Source of the DNA: Thermoplasmatota archaeon
GTDB taxonomy: Archaea > Thermoplasmatota > Poseidoniia > Poseidoniales > Thalassarchaeaceae
Direction: 5' to 3'
NCBI GenBank assembly: GCA_036336595.1
Contig: JAYZFV010000009.1
Coordinates: 548-64,547, forward strand
DNA length: 64,000 nt
Under the pieces are notes generated by a model. The model was not told where the DNA came from, searched no databases, and worked only from the letters and a program-made list of their open reading frames with translations. Both the position numbers and the translations under genes were made by a program. Positions within the stretch are counted from its first letter, which is position 1, and each line of letters begins with the position of its first letter. Below are positions 9,539 to 19,496 of the stretch, one piece after another.

Positions 9539-10858
9539 ATGGCATGGAGCAGGAAGTCAGCGATGTTCGCATCTCTGTCAATTGCCATGTACCTGCTAGG
9601 CCTCGTTCTGCGTAACCAGCAGCTCGTAACCGTCGCCGTCGTCCTACTATCATTCCTAACTTGGGCTGCCATGAGGACCGCCCACGGAGACGTCGCCGCG
9701 ACCGGGAGAAGGATCGAGGACATGAAAGCAGACGAGGGGATCCAACTCCAGAATATCGCCGCCCTGCGAAAGATCTCAGCAGCCCGGGTCTTTGAGGATG
9801 GGGAGATCGATGTCACGCTGCGACTGCAGAATCGCTCAAACCTCGCCAAGGTCCTCGAACTACGCGACCGCGTCCCCGAGGTGATGAGGATCAAGAAGGG
9901 GGCCAACTACGTGCTAATGGAGATAGGGCCCCAGAGGGAGACCGAGATCTCCTATACCATCGAGACTCCACTTAGGGGATTCTACACCGTAGGGCCCGTT
10001 TGCGTCAGGGTCCAAGATGAGTTCGGGCTGTTCCACAACGAGCGTGAGATACAGCTCTACGACGACTTCCTAGTGTTTCCCAAGATGGAGGACATCAAGG
10101 ACGCGATGATCAAAAGCAGGGTCCCGAAAATTTTCACTGGGGCTGTGAACATCAGAAACCCCGGCGAAGGCTCGAACTTCTACAATCTCAGGGAGTATCT
10201 CCCAGGGGACCCGATGAAGAAGATCAACTGGAACGCTACGGCTAGGCAGGACGGGAAGATGATGGTGAACGAGTTCGAACGTGATGCCGTAAGCGACGTT
10301 ATCCTCATCGTCGACAGCAGGGCGGTGAGCGAAACCGGTCCAGTCAGCCGGAACTCACTCGTCTTCAGCACCCGCGCTGCAGCTAGCCTCTCGCAGTACT
10401 TCCTATCTCGCCGTGACTCCGTTGGATTGGTGGTTTACGGCGACGAGATAGTGTCGGTTGACAGGGACACCGGCAAGAAGCAGTTGTACATCCTTCTGAC
10501 AAAGCTCGCCGGCGCCATGGCTAAGGGAAACACCCCCCTCAGGATCGTCACCAACCGTATCATGCCCCACATCCACCGTGGCAGCCCGATCATCATCCTC
10601 TCACCCCTCGAGGACGATCCCACAATCGTAGATGCGGTACGGGACCTCAGGGCAAGGAGCTTCGAGGTCACGGTGCTCTCACCCAGCAGCCTTGAGTTCG
10701 AGTTCGATGCGAGGAGGCTCGACAGGACGGGGTACGAGGTCCTCAAGACCGAGCGTGACATTCTGATGACCGAGCTTCGCGGCTTGGGGGCATATGTGAT
10801 GGACTGGGAGCCGGACATGCTGCTGTACACGGCCCTTGCAGGGGCCAGGGGATTCTGA
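9539..10858 (+). CDS. DUF58 (vWA-like) protein, the usual MoxR partner
   Basis: Hallmark motif NLREYLPGDPMKKINWNATAR. N-terminal TM pair. Immediately follows moxR. Confidence 0.85.
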   Translation: MAWSRKSAMFASLSIAMYLLGLVLRNQQLVTVAVVLLSFLTWAAMRTAHGDVAATGRRIEDMKADEGIQLQNIAALRKISAARVFEDGEIDVTLRLQNRSNLAKVLELRDRVPEVMRIKKGANYVLMEIGPQRETEISYTIETPLRGFYTVGPVCVRVQDEFGLFHNEREIQLYDDFLVFPKMEDIKDAMIKSRVPKIFTGAVNIRNPGEGSNFYNLREYLPGDPMKKINWNATARQDGKMMVNEFERDAVSDVILIVDSRAVSETGPVSRNSLVFSTRAAASLSQYFLSRRDSVGLVVYGDEIVSVDRDTGKKQLYILLTKLAGAMAKGNTPLRIVTNRIMPHIHRGSPIIILSPLEDDPTIVDAVRDLRARSFEVTVLSPSSLEFEFDARRLDRTGYEVLKTERDILMTELRGLGAYVMDWEPDMLLYTALAGARGF

Positions 10859-10867
10859 GGTGAGTTG

Positions 10868-11800
10868 ATGGCGGAGCAGAGTGATGGGAAGGGGCCTGTG
10901 GACACCTCTCACCTGTACGAAGGCAAGGTCGTCCGGTCTTCTGCCCCGAGTCGGAAGAGGGCCGCTGGCACTCTGAAGAGGGACACGGAGATACCCGAAG
11001 ACGCCGTGCCAAAGGTGCTCGTGCCGAGTTGGGTCGAGACGATCTTCGGTGGGCCGGTGGTAGCGAAGAGGGATTTCCTAGCTCCCGACAGAATGGTCGT
11101 TTCCCTCCAAATGAGATCGTCAGCCGCCCTGCTAATCCTTTGCTTCCTCACCTTCATGCTTACCCCAGTGTCCGGGACCGCGTGGTTCGCCGTCTCGAAT
11201 GTCATCGGATTCGGTGCACTGAGCATGGTGATCCACCTTGGACTCATACTGATCGGGCTGGTTGGAGGCTTCTATGGGACCTTCCAGCGTGATCAGCGTG
11301 CGATGCTGGCATCGTACGTCGCACTCATCCTCGTGACGATAAGGTTCGCTGGAAGCAAGGTTGAGTTCGGCTTGAGTTTCCTGCCCGAGGGTGAGATCTC
11401 TCAGAAGTTCCTTCTGATCATTTATGCTGTCTTACTAGTCATGTACATAGAAATCTCAAGCGGAATAATCAGGTTCTCCATTCTGGACACCTCCATTCGA
11501 ACCGGGGAGGTCTATGTGATGAATGTCAACAAGATCTCGAGTAGGTACGGCCGAGCTCTCGGAATCACACCCGCGATAGCGGGATTCGTGGCCATGCTGA
11601 CCCTGTTCATCAACCTCATCATCCCTGCCTTCGTAGGAATCTTCGACGAGGTGGCTGCGAACAGGCTCAGGGAGAGCGTCGAGCTGACTAGCGTCTACGG
11701 AGTCGCCCTCGGAACGATACTGGTCTTCATGGTAATCGCGTCCATGTTCGCAATCAACCTGCCACTAAGGATCCAACAGTACCTTGAGCGTCAGTCGTGA
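10868..11800 (+). CDS. Polytopic membrane protein of unknown function; last gene of the MoxR module
   Basis: About 6 hydrophobic helices. Starts 9 nt after the DUF58 gene. I recognise no motif. Confidence 0.5.
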   Translation: MAEQSDGKGPVDTSHLYEGKVVRSSAPSRKRAAGTLKRDTEIPEDAVPKVLVPSWVETIFGGPVVAKRDFLAPDRMVVSLQMRSSAALLILCFLTFMLTPVSGTAWFAVSNVIGFGALSMVIHLGLILIGLVGGFYGTFQRDQRAMLASYVALILVTIRFAGSKVEFGLSFLPEGEISQKFLLIIYAVLLVMYIEISSGIIRFSILDTSIRTGEVYVMNVNKISSRYGRALGITPAIAGFVAMLTLFINLIIPAFVGIFDEVAANRLRESVELTSVYGVALGTILVFMVIASMFAINLPLRIQQYLERQS

Positions 11801-12897
11801 ATGGCCAAGAATCCCCCCATCATGCCAAGGTCGCAAACCACTAGCATGGCAACGGCCTCAACCACGGGAGCAGCCCGTGGTCCAATGACCGGATCGTGCC
11901 TGCCACCAACTTTGAGGGCGCGTGTTTCATTGCTAGGCAGATGCAGTGTGAACTGCTCTCGTGGAATGCTGCTCGGAGGCTTGAAGTGAACTCTTACGCG
12001 GATTGGCGCACCAGTTGACCGTCCTCCCAGTGACCCATCAGCATCTCCGGTATCGGACCCCTCGAGGACTGGTGATTCAACGCCCGGGAGCCATGCGTCG
12101 TTATGCTCCGAGCCTCGCATCCTAGACGATGCGAAACCATGTGAGAACTCGACGGCGCGAGCACCCGGAATCGCCATGAGGCCGCGCGCCAATGCGGGTT
12201 CGATACCATCGAACCAAGGCTCGCCGACTCCGATTGGTAGTCCCTCGATTAGGAGTTCAACGGCGGAGCCCATGGTGTCTTGGTCCTTTCTGACGGAATC
12301 CAAATAGTCGGAGATAAGGGGGGCGGTCTCGTGGTCCCTGCAGTTCAGACGCTCCATGTCGCTATCCGGAACCAGTGGTGTGGAGCGGTCCAGCTCAAAG
12401 AGAGGACGGGAGGTAATCGGACCTACGCTATGCAAATGAGCGTGACAAGTCCAGCCAGCAGCGTCGAGCATGCCTCGCACTTGGCTTCCAGCGGCCACGA
12501 GGCCAAGGGTCAGGCGAGCGGACTGCGAGCCCCCGCCCCTGGGATCGTTAGTCCTACCCGAGCGGATGGATTCCACCATATCAGCATGGCCGGGCCTCGG
12601 GTGATCCGGGAGGAACTCGTAGTCAGAAGGGCGGGCGTCAGAGTTTCGAGCCATCATCAGGATAGGCCAGCCAGTTGCCTTCCCCTCGTAGATCCCAGAA
12701 AGGATGTCGCAATCATCCAATTCTGTACGGGCCGAGAGTGACCTGCGTCCGGGCTTGCGCAAAGCGAGGTCCATCGCTAGGGTCTCAGGGTCGATCCGTG
12801 TACCGGGGGGAACGCCCTCGATGAGCGCTCCGACGCACGTGCCATGGCTCTCGCCGAACAGAGTCACCCGCAGCCTATCGCCCAGAGACATCCCCAT
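11791..12897 (-). CDS. aroC: Chorismate synthase
   Basis: LRVTLFGESHG N-terminal signature and GGRHDP motif. The true ATG at 12897 overlaps the TGA of the upstream shikimate kinase gene (TGATG). The longer ORF-track N-terminus (to 13071) is an antisense artefact. Confidence 0.9.
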   Translation of the reverse strand: MGMSLGDRLRVTLFGESHGTCVGALIEGVPPGTRIDPETLAMDLALRKPGRRSLSARTELDDCDILSGIYEGKATGWPILMMARNSDARPSDYEFLPDHPRPGHADMVESIRSGRTNDPRGGGSQSARLTLGLVAAGSQVRGMLDAAGWTCHAHLHSVGPITSRPLFELDRSTPLVPDSDMERLNCRDHETAPLISDYLDSVRKDQDTMGSAVELLIEGLPIGVGEPWFDGIEPALARGLMAIPGARAVEFSHGFASSRMRGSEHNDAWLPGVESPVLEGSDTGDADGSLGGRSTGAPIRVRVHFKPPSSIPREQFTLHLPSNETRALKVGGRHDPVIGPRAAPVVEAVAMLVVCDLGMMGGFLAIHD

Positions 12898-13754
12898 CAG
12901 AACGCCTCCTCGCTTATCGTCTCGGAGGTGACGAATCTGGTTGGGATGACCTCGAGGCCGGAGTCTGATAGGTTCGAGAACAGGGTCTGTGAGTCTTGGG
13001 GATAGCAAACGACGGCGATTGCCGGGCCAGAGCCGCTGATGCCAGCTGCGATGGCACCGGTGGCGATGCACAGGTTACAGATTCGCAGGGCCTCGAAGTC
13101 ATCGGTCGCTGCGGCCACTGCCATCCCATTCGCGGAAAGTGCCTCTAGCGGGGAGCCCCCGGCAAGGGATGCCAGGGCCCTCTCGAAGATCTGATGGTGC
13201 TGTTTGAACGCGCCAAGTTCGATAGTGGACTTCCTCTCTCCACGCAAGCCGAGTAGGACAGTCAGGCCTTGCTCCAGCTCGCCTTCAAGCAATACTGACT
13301 CGGATGCGGTCCGAAGGGGGTCGACTAGTTTCCATCCAGGGCAGAGGGCCGCCCAGACGTCATCCATGCTACCGGTGAGGGTGCACTTCGCCCTCCTTTG
13401 AGCGGCGACGGCTAGGTCTGCGATCTCGTTGTCAGAAAGGCCGGCCCATGCAGACTCGTTCAGTGCTCGCAGCGCAGCGCAGGCTACCGAGGAACTGGAC
13501 TTAAGCCCCTGACCCACTGGTAATTCGCTCTCGACGGCCCACCCACACACGTCCGCAGAAGGGAGTTGGGCTGAGCGCCAGCATGCCAGTACCGCGTCTA
13601 GCAAACCGTGGTCATCCTCCTCGACGGCACTGGGCTCATCGAGCAGCCTCACGGTGGTAATGAGATCCACCCCCACCGAGCAGCCCTTGCCCAAGCCAAG
13701 GGCGTGGAGAATCGAAATCCCTCCATTGGCGGTTCCTATCCCCAATACGGTCAT
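12897..13754 (-). CDS. aroK: Shikimate kinase, archaeal GHMP-kinase type
   Basis: GHMP motif PVGQGLKSSSSVACAAL; N-terminus MTVLGIGTANGGISILHALG. Its start overlaps the upstream gene stop (ATGA). Confidence 0.8.
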   Translation of the reverse strand: MTVLGIGTANGGISILHALGLGKGCSVGVDLITTVRLLDEPSAVEEDDHGLLDAVLACWRSAQLPSADVCGWAVESELPVGQGLKSSSSVACAALRALNESAWAGLSDNEIADLAVAAQRRAKCTLTGSMDDVWAALCPGWKLVDPLRTASESVLLEGELEQGLTVLLGLRGERKSTIELGAFKQHHQIFERALASLAGGSPLEALSANGMAVAAATDDFEALRICNLCIATGAIAAGISGSGPAIAVVCYPQDSQTLFSNLSDSGLEVIPTRFVTSETISEEAF

Positions 13755-14686
13755 TTCTCGGCCACCCCCCCTTCAAGGGCGAGGCCCACGTGCCTCATTC
13801 TTCGGTCACAGAGAACGGAGATCTCGTCCCCAGCAGCAGCATCGGTGATTGAGATCTGCCCTCCACTTGGCGTAACTAGGCGAACCGTCTCTGCCTGTTG
13901 GGCGATGATCTGCCCCTCGGAGTCTCCCGAGAGGTATCTGACCAGGAGGAATGGGCGGCGCTCGATCTTGAGGCGGCCGATGGTCGCCGACCTCCGGGAG
14001 CCATCAGGGGATACGATGGCGACATCCTCACCCGCGCTAAGCTCGCTGAGGTACCTCGTCGAGCCATCTGCCATGAGGGCATACGAGTGGACAGCCCCCG
14101 CGTTGACCCTGAACGGCCTGGTGGGGACGTAGTCAGAGGGAACGGTCTCCCCGTGAACTAGGCAGAGCGCTTCGGCGACCGATCCGATGGCAATACCCTC
14201 GCCATCATCCAGCCTCTCGATCAGATCTATGCACACCCGCTCGCCGACCCCACCACTCTCAACCGAAGTGATTACGGCAGTGGCGATGGATGCGGGAGCC
14301 GAGTCGGATGATTCTCCCGAGGGCTCTCGGGATTCTGCCATTTCCCTAGCCGCCTCCCACAGGTCATCTGTGACGAGAATAGCGTCAACCCCATGCTCGA
14401 GGGCAAAGGCAGCACCTGCGAGGTCAACCTCGTTGGCAATCGCCACAGCTATTCTTGTCCCGCTGCCTCTGGATGCGGCCACGAGATTCTCAAGCGGAAT
14501 CATCGTCCAATCCGAGCATCTGACCAATACCCAAGGCACCATACCGATGAGTGAGAGGGCCTCTTCCTGGGCCCGGTGATCGTCGAGGGCCACCTCTGCC
14601 ACGTCGTGCGCTCTACCCTCCCAGACTCGAGTGGAGCCGTTCGCGACATTCTGGCCATCAATCGAAGCGTCAAGCCAGAGTTCCAT
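13751..14686 (-). CDS. aroB': 3-dehydroquinate synthase II (archaeal type)
   Basis: RPFRVNAGAVHSY and WTMIPLENLVAA are typical of DHQ synthase II. It sits in an operon with ADH synthase. Confidence 0.85.
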   Translation of the reverse strand: MELWLDASIDGQNVANGSTRVWEGRAHDVAEVALDDHRAQEEALSLIGMVPWVLVRCSDWTMIPLENLVAASRGSGTRIAVAIANEVDLAGAAFALEHGVDAILVTDDLWEAAREMAESREPSGESSDSAPASIATAVITSVESGGVGERVCIDLIERLDDGEGIAIGSVAEALCLVHGETVPSDYVPTRPFRVNAGAVHSYALMADGSTRYLSELSAGEDVAIVSPDGSRRSATIGRLKIERRPFLLVRYLSGDSEGQIIAQQAETVRLVTPSGGQISITDAAAGDEISVLCDRRMRHVGLALEGGVAEK

Positions 14687-14690
14687 GTTC

Positions 14691-15506
14691 TCACTTCAGA
14701 TGATTCGCTGCCTCGGACGCGCTCGCCCCATTGTGCACAATTGCACTGAGGGCCCTTACGTGAGATGCTGGGTCTTCGGCTCCGAACACTTGGCGTCCTA
14801 TGCACACCCCTGATCCGCCAGCGCCCATCGCCTGCTCGACGATGCCCAAAAACTCGGTGAAGGGAGCTTCCTTGGGTCCGCCGGCGATGAGGACTGGGAT
14901 CGGAACAGCGGAAGCGACGTCGGAGAAGGAGGCTGGCGAGCCGGTCCAAGGTACCTTTACGACGTGGCAGCCGAGTTCCCACGCGAGTCGGGCAGCGTGA
15001 GCGACGCCTCCAGTGGGGTCATCTGGGTCGATAACCAGGTTCGGGCCTCGGGGGTAGAACATCCCGAGGACGGGGAGATCGAACTGGTAGGCGTCTGTAG
15101 TCAGTGCGCCAATGCGCTCAATCATGTCTGCCTCAGCGTCCTCTCCGAGGTTGACTTGGGCAGAGAGCCCCGCAGCGCCTCGCGAGAGAGACTCCCTCGC
15201 TGTAGCCACGCTGACCTTGTCCTGGGAGCGCGCGCCTCCGTGAACAGTGGAGACCGAGACGTGGCATACGAAGCCATCCCAGCCGGTGCGGTTGGAGTGG
15301 TGGCTGACGGCGCCCTTCTGCAGTACGATTGCGTCTGCGCCGCCGGCAATGGCAGCGTCAACGGCGGCATCGGTGTCCCCTATGCCGGCTTCGGGATATC
15401 TCGAGGCGGCGTGGTCCATAGGGACCCAAATCCCTCTGCCACCGGGCAGGAGGCGCTCGAGGCGCTCGGCGAGCGTTTCGGCCATGCATTCCCGCCAGCG
15501 CTTCAT
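14691..15506 (-). CDS. aroA': 2-amino-3,7-dideoxy-D-threo-hept-6-ulosonate (ADH) synthase, class I aldolase family
   Basis: DeoC/FbaB-type motifs WVPMDHA and DAIVLQKG, plus the operon context. Possible starts are ATG at 15506 or 15485 and GTG at 15509. Confidence 0.8.
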   Translation of the reverse strand: MKRWRECMAETLAERLERLLPGGRGIWVPMDHAASRYPEAGIGDTDAAVDAAIAGGADAIVLQKGAVSHHSNRTGWDGFVCHVSVSTVHGGARSQDKVSVATARESLSRGAAGLSAQVNLGEDAEADMIERIGALTTDAYQFDLPVLGMFYPRGPNLVIDPDDPTGGVAHAARLAWELGCHVVKVPWTGSPASFSDVASAVPIPVLIAGGPKEAPFTEFLGIVEQAMGAGGSGVCIGRQVFGAEDPASHVRALSAIVHNGASASEAANHLK

Positions 15507-15544
15507 CACTTGAAAGGTGACGCATAGGCCCTTAGGTTGAAATC

Positions 15545-15561
15545 CGCTCCCTATGGGAGCG
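15545..15561. other. 7-bp stem / 3-nt loop hairpin (CGCTCCC TAT GGGAGCG) between the xth stop and the aroA' start
   Basis: Read directly from the sequence. It lies 3 nt downstream of the xth stop codon and 36 to 60 nt upstream of the possible aroA' starts (15506, 15485 or 15509). Confidence 0.3.
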
Positions 15562-15563
15562 AA

Positions 15564-16346
15564 TCAAAGATTGAGGTCGGTAATCAGAGGCGCGTGATCA
15601 GACACGACAAGGCCTCCCTCTCGAAGCACCTCGGCGGACCTTAACAGGGGTTTAGCGGTGGCATTGGCTAGCACGTAGTCGATCCTCCAGCCGCGGTCCA
15701 GCTCCCTCGCGCGTCCTCGGTTCGACCACCACGTGTACGGTCCCTTGCGTGTACCGACGTGGATGCGGAGCAGGTCGTGCCAGCCACTGTCGAGAAGTCT
15801 GGAGAACCACTCACGCTCATGGTCCAGAAAGCCAGAGGTCCGACGATTGCCCCCAGGATTCCAGATGTCATCCTCGGTGTGGGCGATGTTGAGATCGCCG
15901 CACAGAAGGGCCGGTTCGTCAGAGTCGACGAATCGCTCGGACCAGACCAGCATGTCCTCTATCCACTGGTCCTTGTACAGCTGGCGCTCGGGGCTTGACG
16001 AGCCGTTCGGCAGGTACATGTTGACGCAGTGCAGGTCCCCATGCTTTGTGTGGAGAACCCTGCCATCCGGATCACGTTCCTCATCCAACTGAGTGTCAAT
16101 ACCGCGCCCGACCTCGACAAGCCCACTTCTAGAGCAGGTCATCACGCCAGAGTATCCCCTCTTCTGGGCCGGGTGCCAGATGACCTCGTGGCCCTCCGGG
16201 GCCTGCCAGTCAACTGGCATCTGCTCGGGCAGAGCCCGCGTCTCCTGGAACAGCCAGATATCTGCGTCGATGCGCCTGACGAAGTCAACCAGACCCTTGC
16301 GATGCGCTGCTCTTATGCCATTGAGGTTCCAAGTCACGACGCGCAC
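15564..16346 (-). CDS. xth: Exodeoxyribonuclease III
   Basis: MRVVTWNLNGIRA, FQETR and a terminal SDHAPL motif. GTG start. Confidence 0.9.
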   Translation of the reverse strand: MRVVTWNLNGIRAAHRKGLVDFVRRIDADIWLFQETRALPEQMPVDWQAPEGHEVIWHPAQKRGYSGVMTCSRSGLVEVGRGIDTQLDEERDPDGRVLHTKHGDLHCVNMYLPNGSSSPERQLYKDQWIEDMLVWSERFVDSDEPALLCGDLNIAHTEDDIWNPGGNRRTSGFLDHEREWFSRLLDSGWHDLLRIHVGTRKGPYTWWSNRGRARELDRGWRIDYVLANATAKPLLRSAEVLREGGLVVSDHAPLITDLNL

Positions 16347-16355
16347 AGGCGTGCC

Positions 16356-18803
16356 TCACTGTGAGAGGTCCTTGACCTTCTCGACGAGGTCCATCCTTCT
16401 GATTCTCCACATCCCGTATGGCGTGAGCATGACGGAGATAGTGACCACGATTCCGATCAGGAGGACGGCCACGGACAAGTCGGTCTGCACGGTCATGTAG
16501 AACGACCACTGGACGAAGGAGGAAATCAGAGCCTGCGTCCCGATTACGGTGAAGACGCAGGCAAGGGTCCCCCCGATCACTCCGATGGCGAAGTGCTCAC
16601 CGAGCATCATGCTCCCGATTCGGCGAATCGGGGCGCCAAGGACCCTCAGGGTTGCGATCTCCCTGTCGCGCTCAGCGAGGTTGATCACGAGGGTGTTGAA
16701 CAGGACCACGATGGCGATGATGATGCCCAATGCGAGGAGTGCGCTGAAGAACACCTGCTGCTGCTCCAAAATTGACTCGAAGGAAGCGATCAAGTCCTCC
16801 TTCTGGGTGACTCCCAGAGATATCTCGCCGAGCTCGTTGTCGACCTCGACGCCATCGGGCAGGGTGATAAGGACCGAAGTAGCCTCGATTCCGACGGCCT
16901 GAGCGAGATCGGCCCTGTGGAAGTACACTGTCCGAGAGACCTCCCCCTGAGTGATCCCGGTGATCTCGATTTGCATGGGGGACGAGCCGAATACCACCGT
17001 CTGGGTCTGGCCCACGTCCCACTCCAGGAAGACTCGCAATCCCTCGTCGATGAGAACCTGGTTAGTGGCGGATCCCGCTTCCGGGATGCTGCCCTCCTTG
17101 AGGTCGAGGACCACCATCGCGTCATCCTCGGTGGACAGCTTGTCCAAGCCATAGGCGAGTAAGTACCTCGAGTCGTTCACGGGGTTGCCCGGGAACAGCA
17201 GCACGGACTCGTGAGTAGCCCCCTTCTCCTCCGCCCAGTCGATGACAGCAGCTTCGCCGCCGAACGGGACATTGACCTGGGCGTCCCAGTTCTGATTATC
17301 CACGCTGACGCCCGAAAACGAGTCTTCCATTGTGGCCATCATCAGAGTCATGCTGCCGAATATGAGCATCGAGAGTCCTACGGCCAAGAACGTTAAGGCA
17401 AGTCGGGTTGGCTTCCTGATGCTCGACCTGATGGTCAGGCCTATCGTAGCGGGTAGGCTGGAAGTCAGCTTCTGGATTCTCCGGGAGGACAGCCTGACCT
17501 CGTGCTGTCCGCGCATGACCTCCAGGGGCTGGAGCCTAGCTGCCTGCAGGGCGGGGAAGATCCCAGAAATCAGAACGATCAGCATTGCAACGCCGACAAT
17601 CTGCAGGATCAAGGGCGTCACGTCCGCCGTATTGACGATTGGTATTCCGAGTATGTCCTCGTAAATCCCCAGCATTCCCGGGGCTCCCACGAGGACACCG
17701 AGGAGAGTGCCGATGAAGCTGCCGATGAGGCCTATCAGCAGAGGTGCGATGACGTAACCGGGAATGATGGCCCCCCTGGGTATGCCCAGGGTGCGGAGTA
17801 TCGCGATCTCCCTGGCCTGCGACTGCACGAGCCTCTGGAGGCTCAGGAAGATGGTGATTCCCGCGACGATGGCTATCATCGCAGTAACTGGGATGTAAGT
17901 CTTCATCGCTCCCTCGGCGTCGGCCCGAAGAAGCTCCACTGAATTGACGCCCGAGCGGTCGTAGACCAGAGAGTGGGAGTCGTCAGTCTCTGTCATGACA
18001 GCCGTTATGCCCTCCATCAGCGCGCTGAGCTCCTCTCCCTCGACCTCAGTAGTCGACTGGAGGTCATACTCGGGTGTGCCCACGACGTCGATCAGAAGCA
18101 GGTTTGACGCGCCGGGACTGAGGTTGGCGAGGCGCTCGAGGCCACCAGCGGACAGGTACCCTGTGGCGAAGGTGCCGGGATCTGCAGGGAAAAGGCTCCC
18201 TTCCGGAGCGAAGTAAAGGTAACTGGAGAGGTGGCCTGTGCCCACCACGGTGTAGTCGAGGCTCCCGAAGCCGGCGCCTATGGAGATCGTGTCCCCGATC
18301 GCCACATCCATCCCCGTCGCCACGCGTGCGTCAACGACGATCTCGTCATCGGCGGACGCCACCGTCCCTGAGCAGCAGTCGTGGTCAGGGAACCAGACTC
18401 TGTCGACGTAGCCCTCGTCTATGCCATACCACACCGCGGGGACGAGGGTGTCCTCGCCCCCTTCATCTGTGTGGAACAGCAGCCCATCGAGCTTCAGCCG
18501 AGGCTCGCACTCGTTCAACACAAGCTCGGACTCGGGCCAATGGTCCGCTATGTCCGTGCAGATGGAGTCGGAGGCCCCCCCCTCCCACGTTCCGCTAGGG
18601 TTCTCGACCCAGACGTCAGGCAGGTTGGCTCCGTCATCGGTGTCTGCGTAGATGACGTCGTAAATGCCAGAGGCAGTGTGAGCGTAGACCGCGAAGGAGA
18701 TTCCCGCGAAAACACCGACCACCACCATCAGCACGACCGCAATGAGCCTGATTTTGGTGCGCCACAGGCTCCTTGCGAGTCGTTTGGTCAGCAATGCGAA
18801 CAA
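16356..18803 (-). CDS. ABC transporter permease, FtsX/MacB-like with two FtsX bundles
   Basis: 815 aa. An N-terminal TM is followed by two large external domains, each followed by a 3-4 TM FtsX-type bundle. It is adjacent to the cognate ATPase. TTG start (uncertain). Confidence 0.8.
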   Translation of the reverse strand: MFALLTKRLARSLWRTKIRLIAVVLMVVVGVFAGISFAVYAHTASGIYDVIYADTDDGANLPDVWVENPSGTWEGGASDSICTDIADHWPESELVLNECEPRLKLDGLLFHTDEGGEDTLVPAVWYGIDEGYVDRVWFPDHDCCSGTVASADDEIVVDARVATGMDVAIGDTISIGAGFGSLDYTVVGTGHLSSYLYFAPEGSLFPADPGTFATGYLSAGGLERLANLSPGASNLLLIDVVGTPEYDLQSTTEVEGEELSALMEGITAVMTETDDSHSLVYDRSGVNSVELLRADAEGAMKTYIPVTAMIAIVAGITIFLSLQRLVQSQAREIAILRTLGIPRGAIIPGYVIAPLLIGLIGSFIGTLLGVLVGAPGMLGIYEDILGIPIVNTADVTPLILQIVGVAMLIVLISGIFPALQAARLQPLEVMRGQHEVRLSSRRIQKLTSSLPATIGLTIRSSIRKPTRLALTFLAVGLSMLIFGSMTLMMATMEDSFSGVSVDNQNWDAQVNVPFGGEAAVIDWAEEKGATHESVLLFPGNPVNDSRYLLAYGLDKLSTEDDAMVVLDLKEGSIPEAGSATNQVLIDEGLRVFLEWDVGQTQTVVFGSSPMQIEITGITQGEVSRTVYFHRADLAQAVGIEATSVLITLPDGVEVDNELGEISLGVTQKEDLIASFESILEQQQVFFSALLALGIIIAIVVLFNTLVINLAERDREIATLRVLGAPIRRIGSMMLGEHFAIGVIGGTLACVFTVIGTQALISSFVQWSFYMTVQTDLSVAVLLIGIVVTISVMLTPYGMWRIRRMDLVEKVKDLSQ

Positions 18804-18812
18804 TGGCCCACC

Positions 18813-19496
18813 TCACCCGACCGGCTCGTCCGAAACAATCCTGCCGCTGTCAATCCTGACCACCCTTGTAGCGAACGCGGTCAGGGACTCGTCGTGAGTC
18901 ACGAAGACGCAGGTTATGCCCTCGGTCTCGCAGGCCTTGACGAGCACCTCCATTACCATCGCGGAGGTCTGCGAGTCGAGGTTGCCGGTCAGCTCGTCGC
19001 CCAGTAGGAGCCTCGGGCTCTTTGCGAGGCTGCGCGCGATCGCCACCCTCTGCTGCTGGCCACCGCTGATCTCGGCGGGGAAGCGGTCTGACTCGGGCTC
19101 CAGGCCGACCAGCTCGAGCAGGAGTCGCGCCCTGGCCTCGTCCCTTCCGCCCGCGAGTTCCTGAATCAGCAGGATGTTCTCCAGCACCGTCAGGTCCTGT
19201 AGGAGGTTGAAGAACTGGAAGACGTATCCGATGTTCTCCCTCCTGAAGGTGGTCATTGTTTCGGAGTCAGACTGAGGCACGGGGGAGCCGTCGAAGGAGT
19301 AGACGCCGTCAGTGGGCGTGTCGAGCGCGGAGAGGCAGTTGAGTAACGTTGTCTTACCCGAGCCGGACGGACCGAGCAGGATGACTCGATCGCCCTCGAA
19401 AACCTCCAGGTCCACTCCATCGAGGGCCTTGACCGTACCAGAAGCCATCTCGTAGTATCTTTTCAGCCCCTCCATTCTGGCCAGAGGTTGTGGCAT
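18813..19496 (-). CDS. ABC transporter ATP-binding protein (MacB/LolD-like)
   Basis: Walker A GPSGSGKTT, signature LSGGQQQRVAIARS, Walker B LLLGDE. Confidence 0.9.
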   Translation of the reverse strand: MPQPLARMEGLKRYYEMASGTVKALDGVDLEVFEGDRVILLGPSGSGKTTLLNCLSALDTPTDGVYSFDGSPVPQSDSETMTTFRRENIGYVFQFFNLLQDLTVLENILLIQELAGGRDEARARLLLELVGLEPESDRFPAEISGGQQQRVAIARSLAKSPRLLLGDELTGNLDSQTSAMVMEVLVKACETEGITCVFVTHDESLTAFATRVVRIDSGRIVSDEPVG

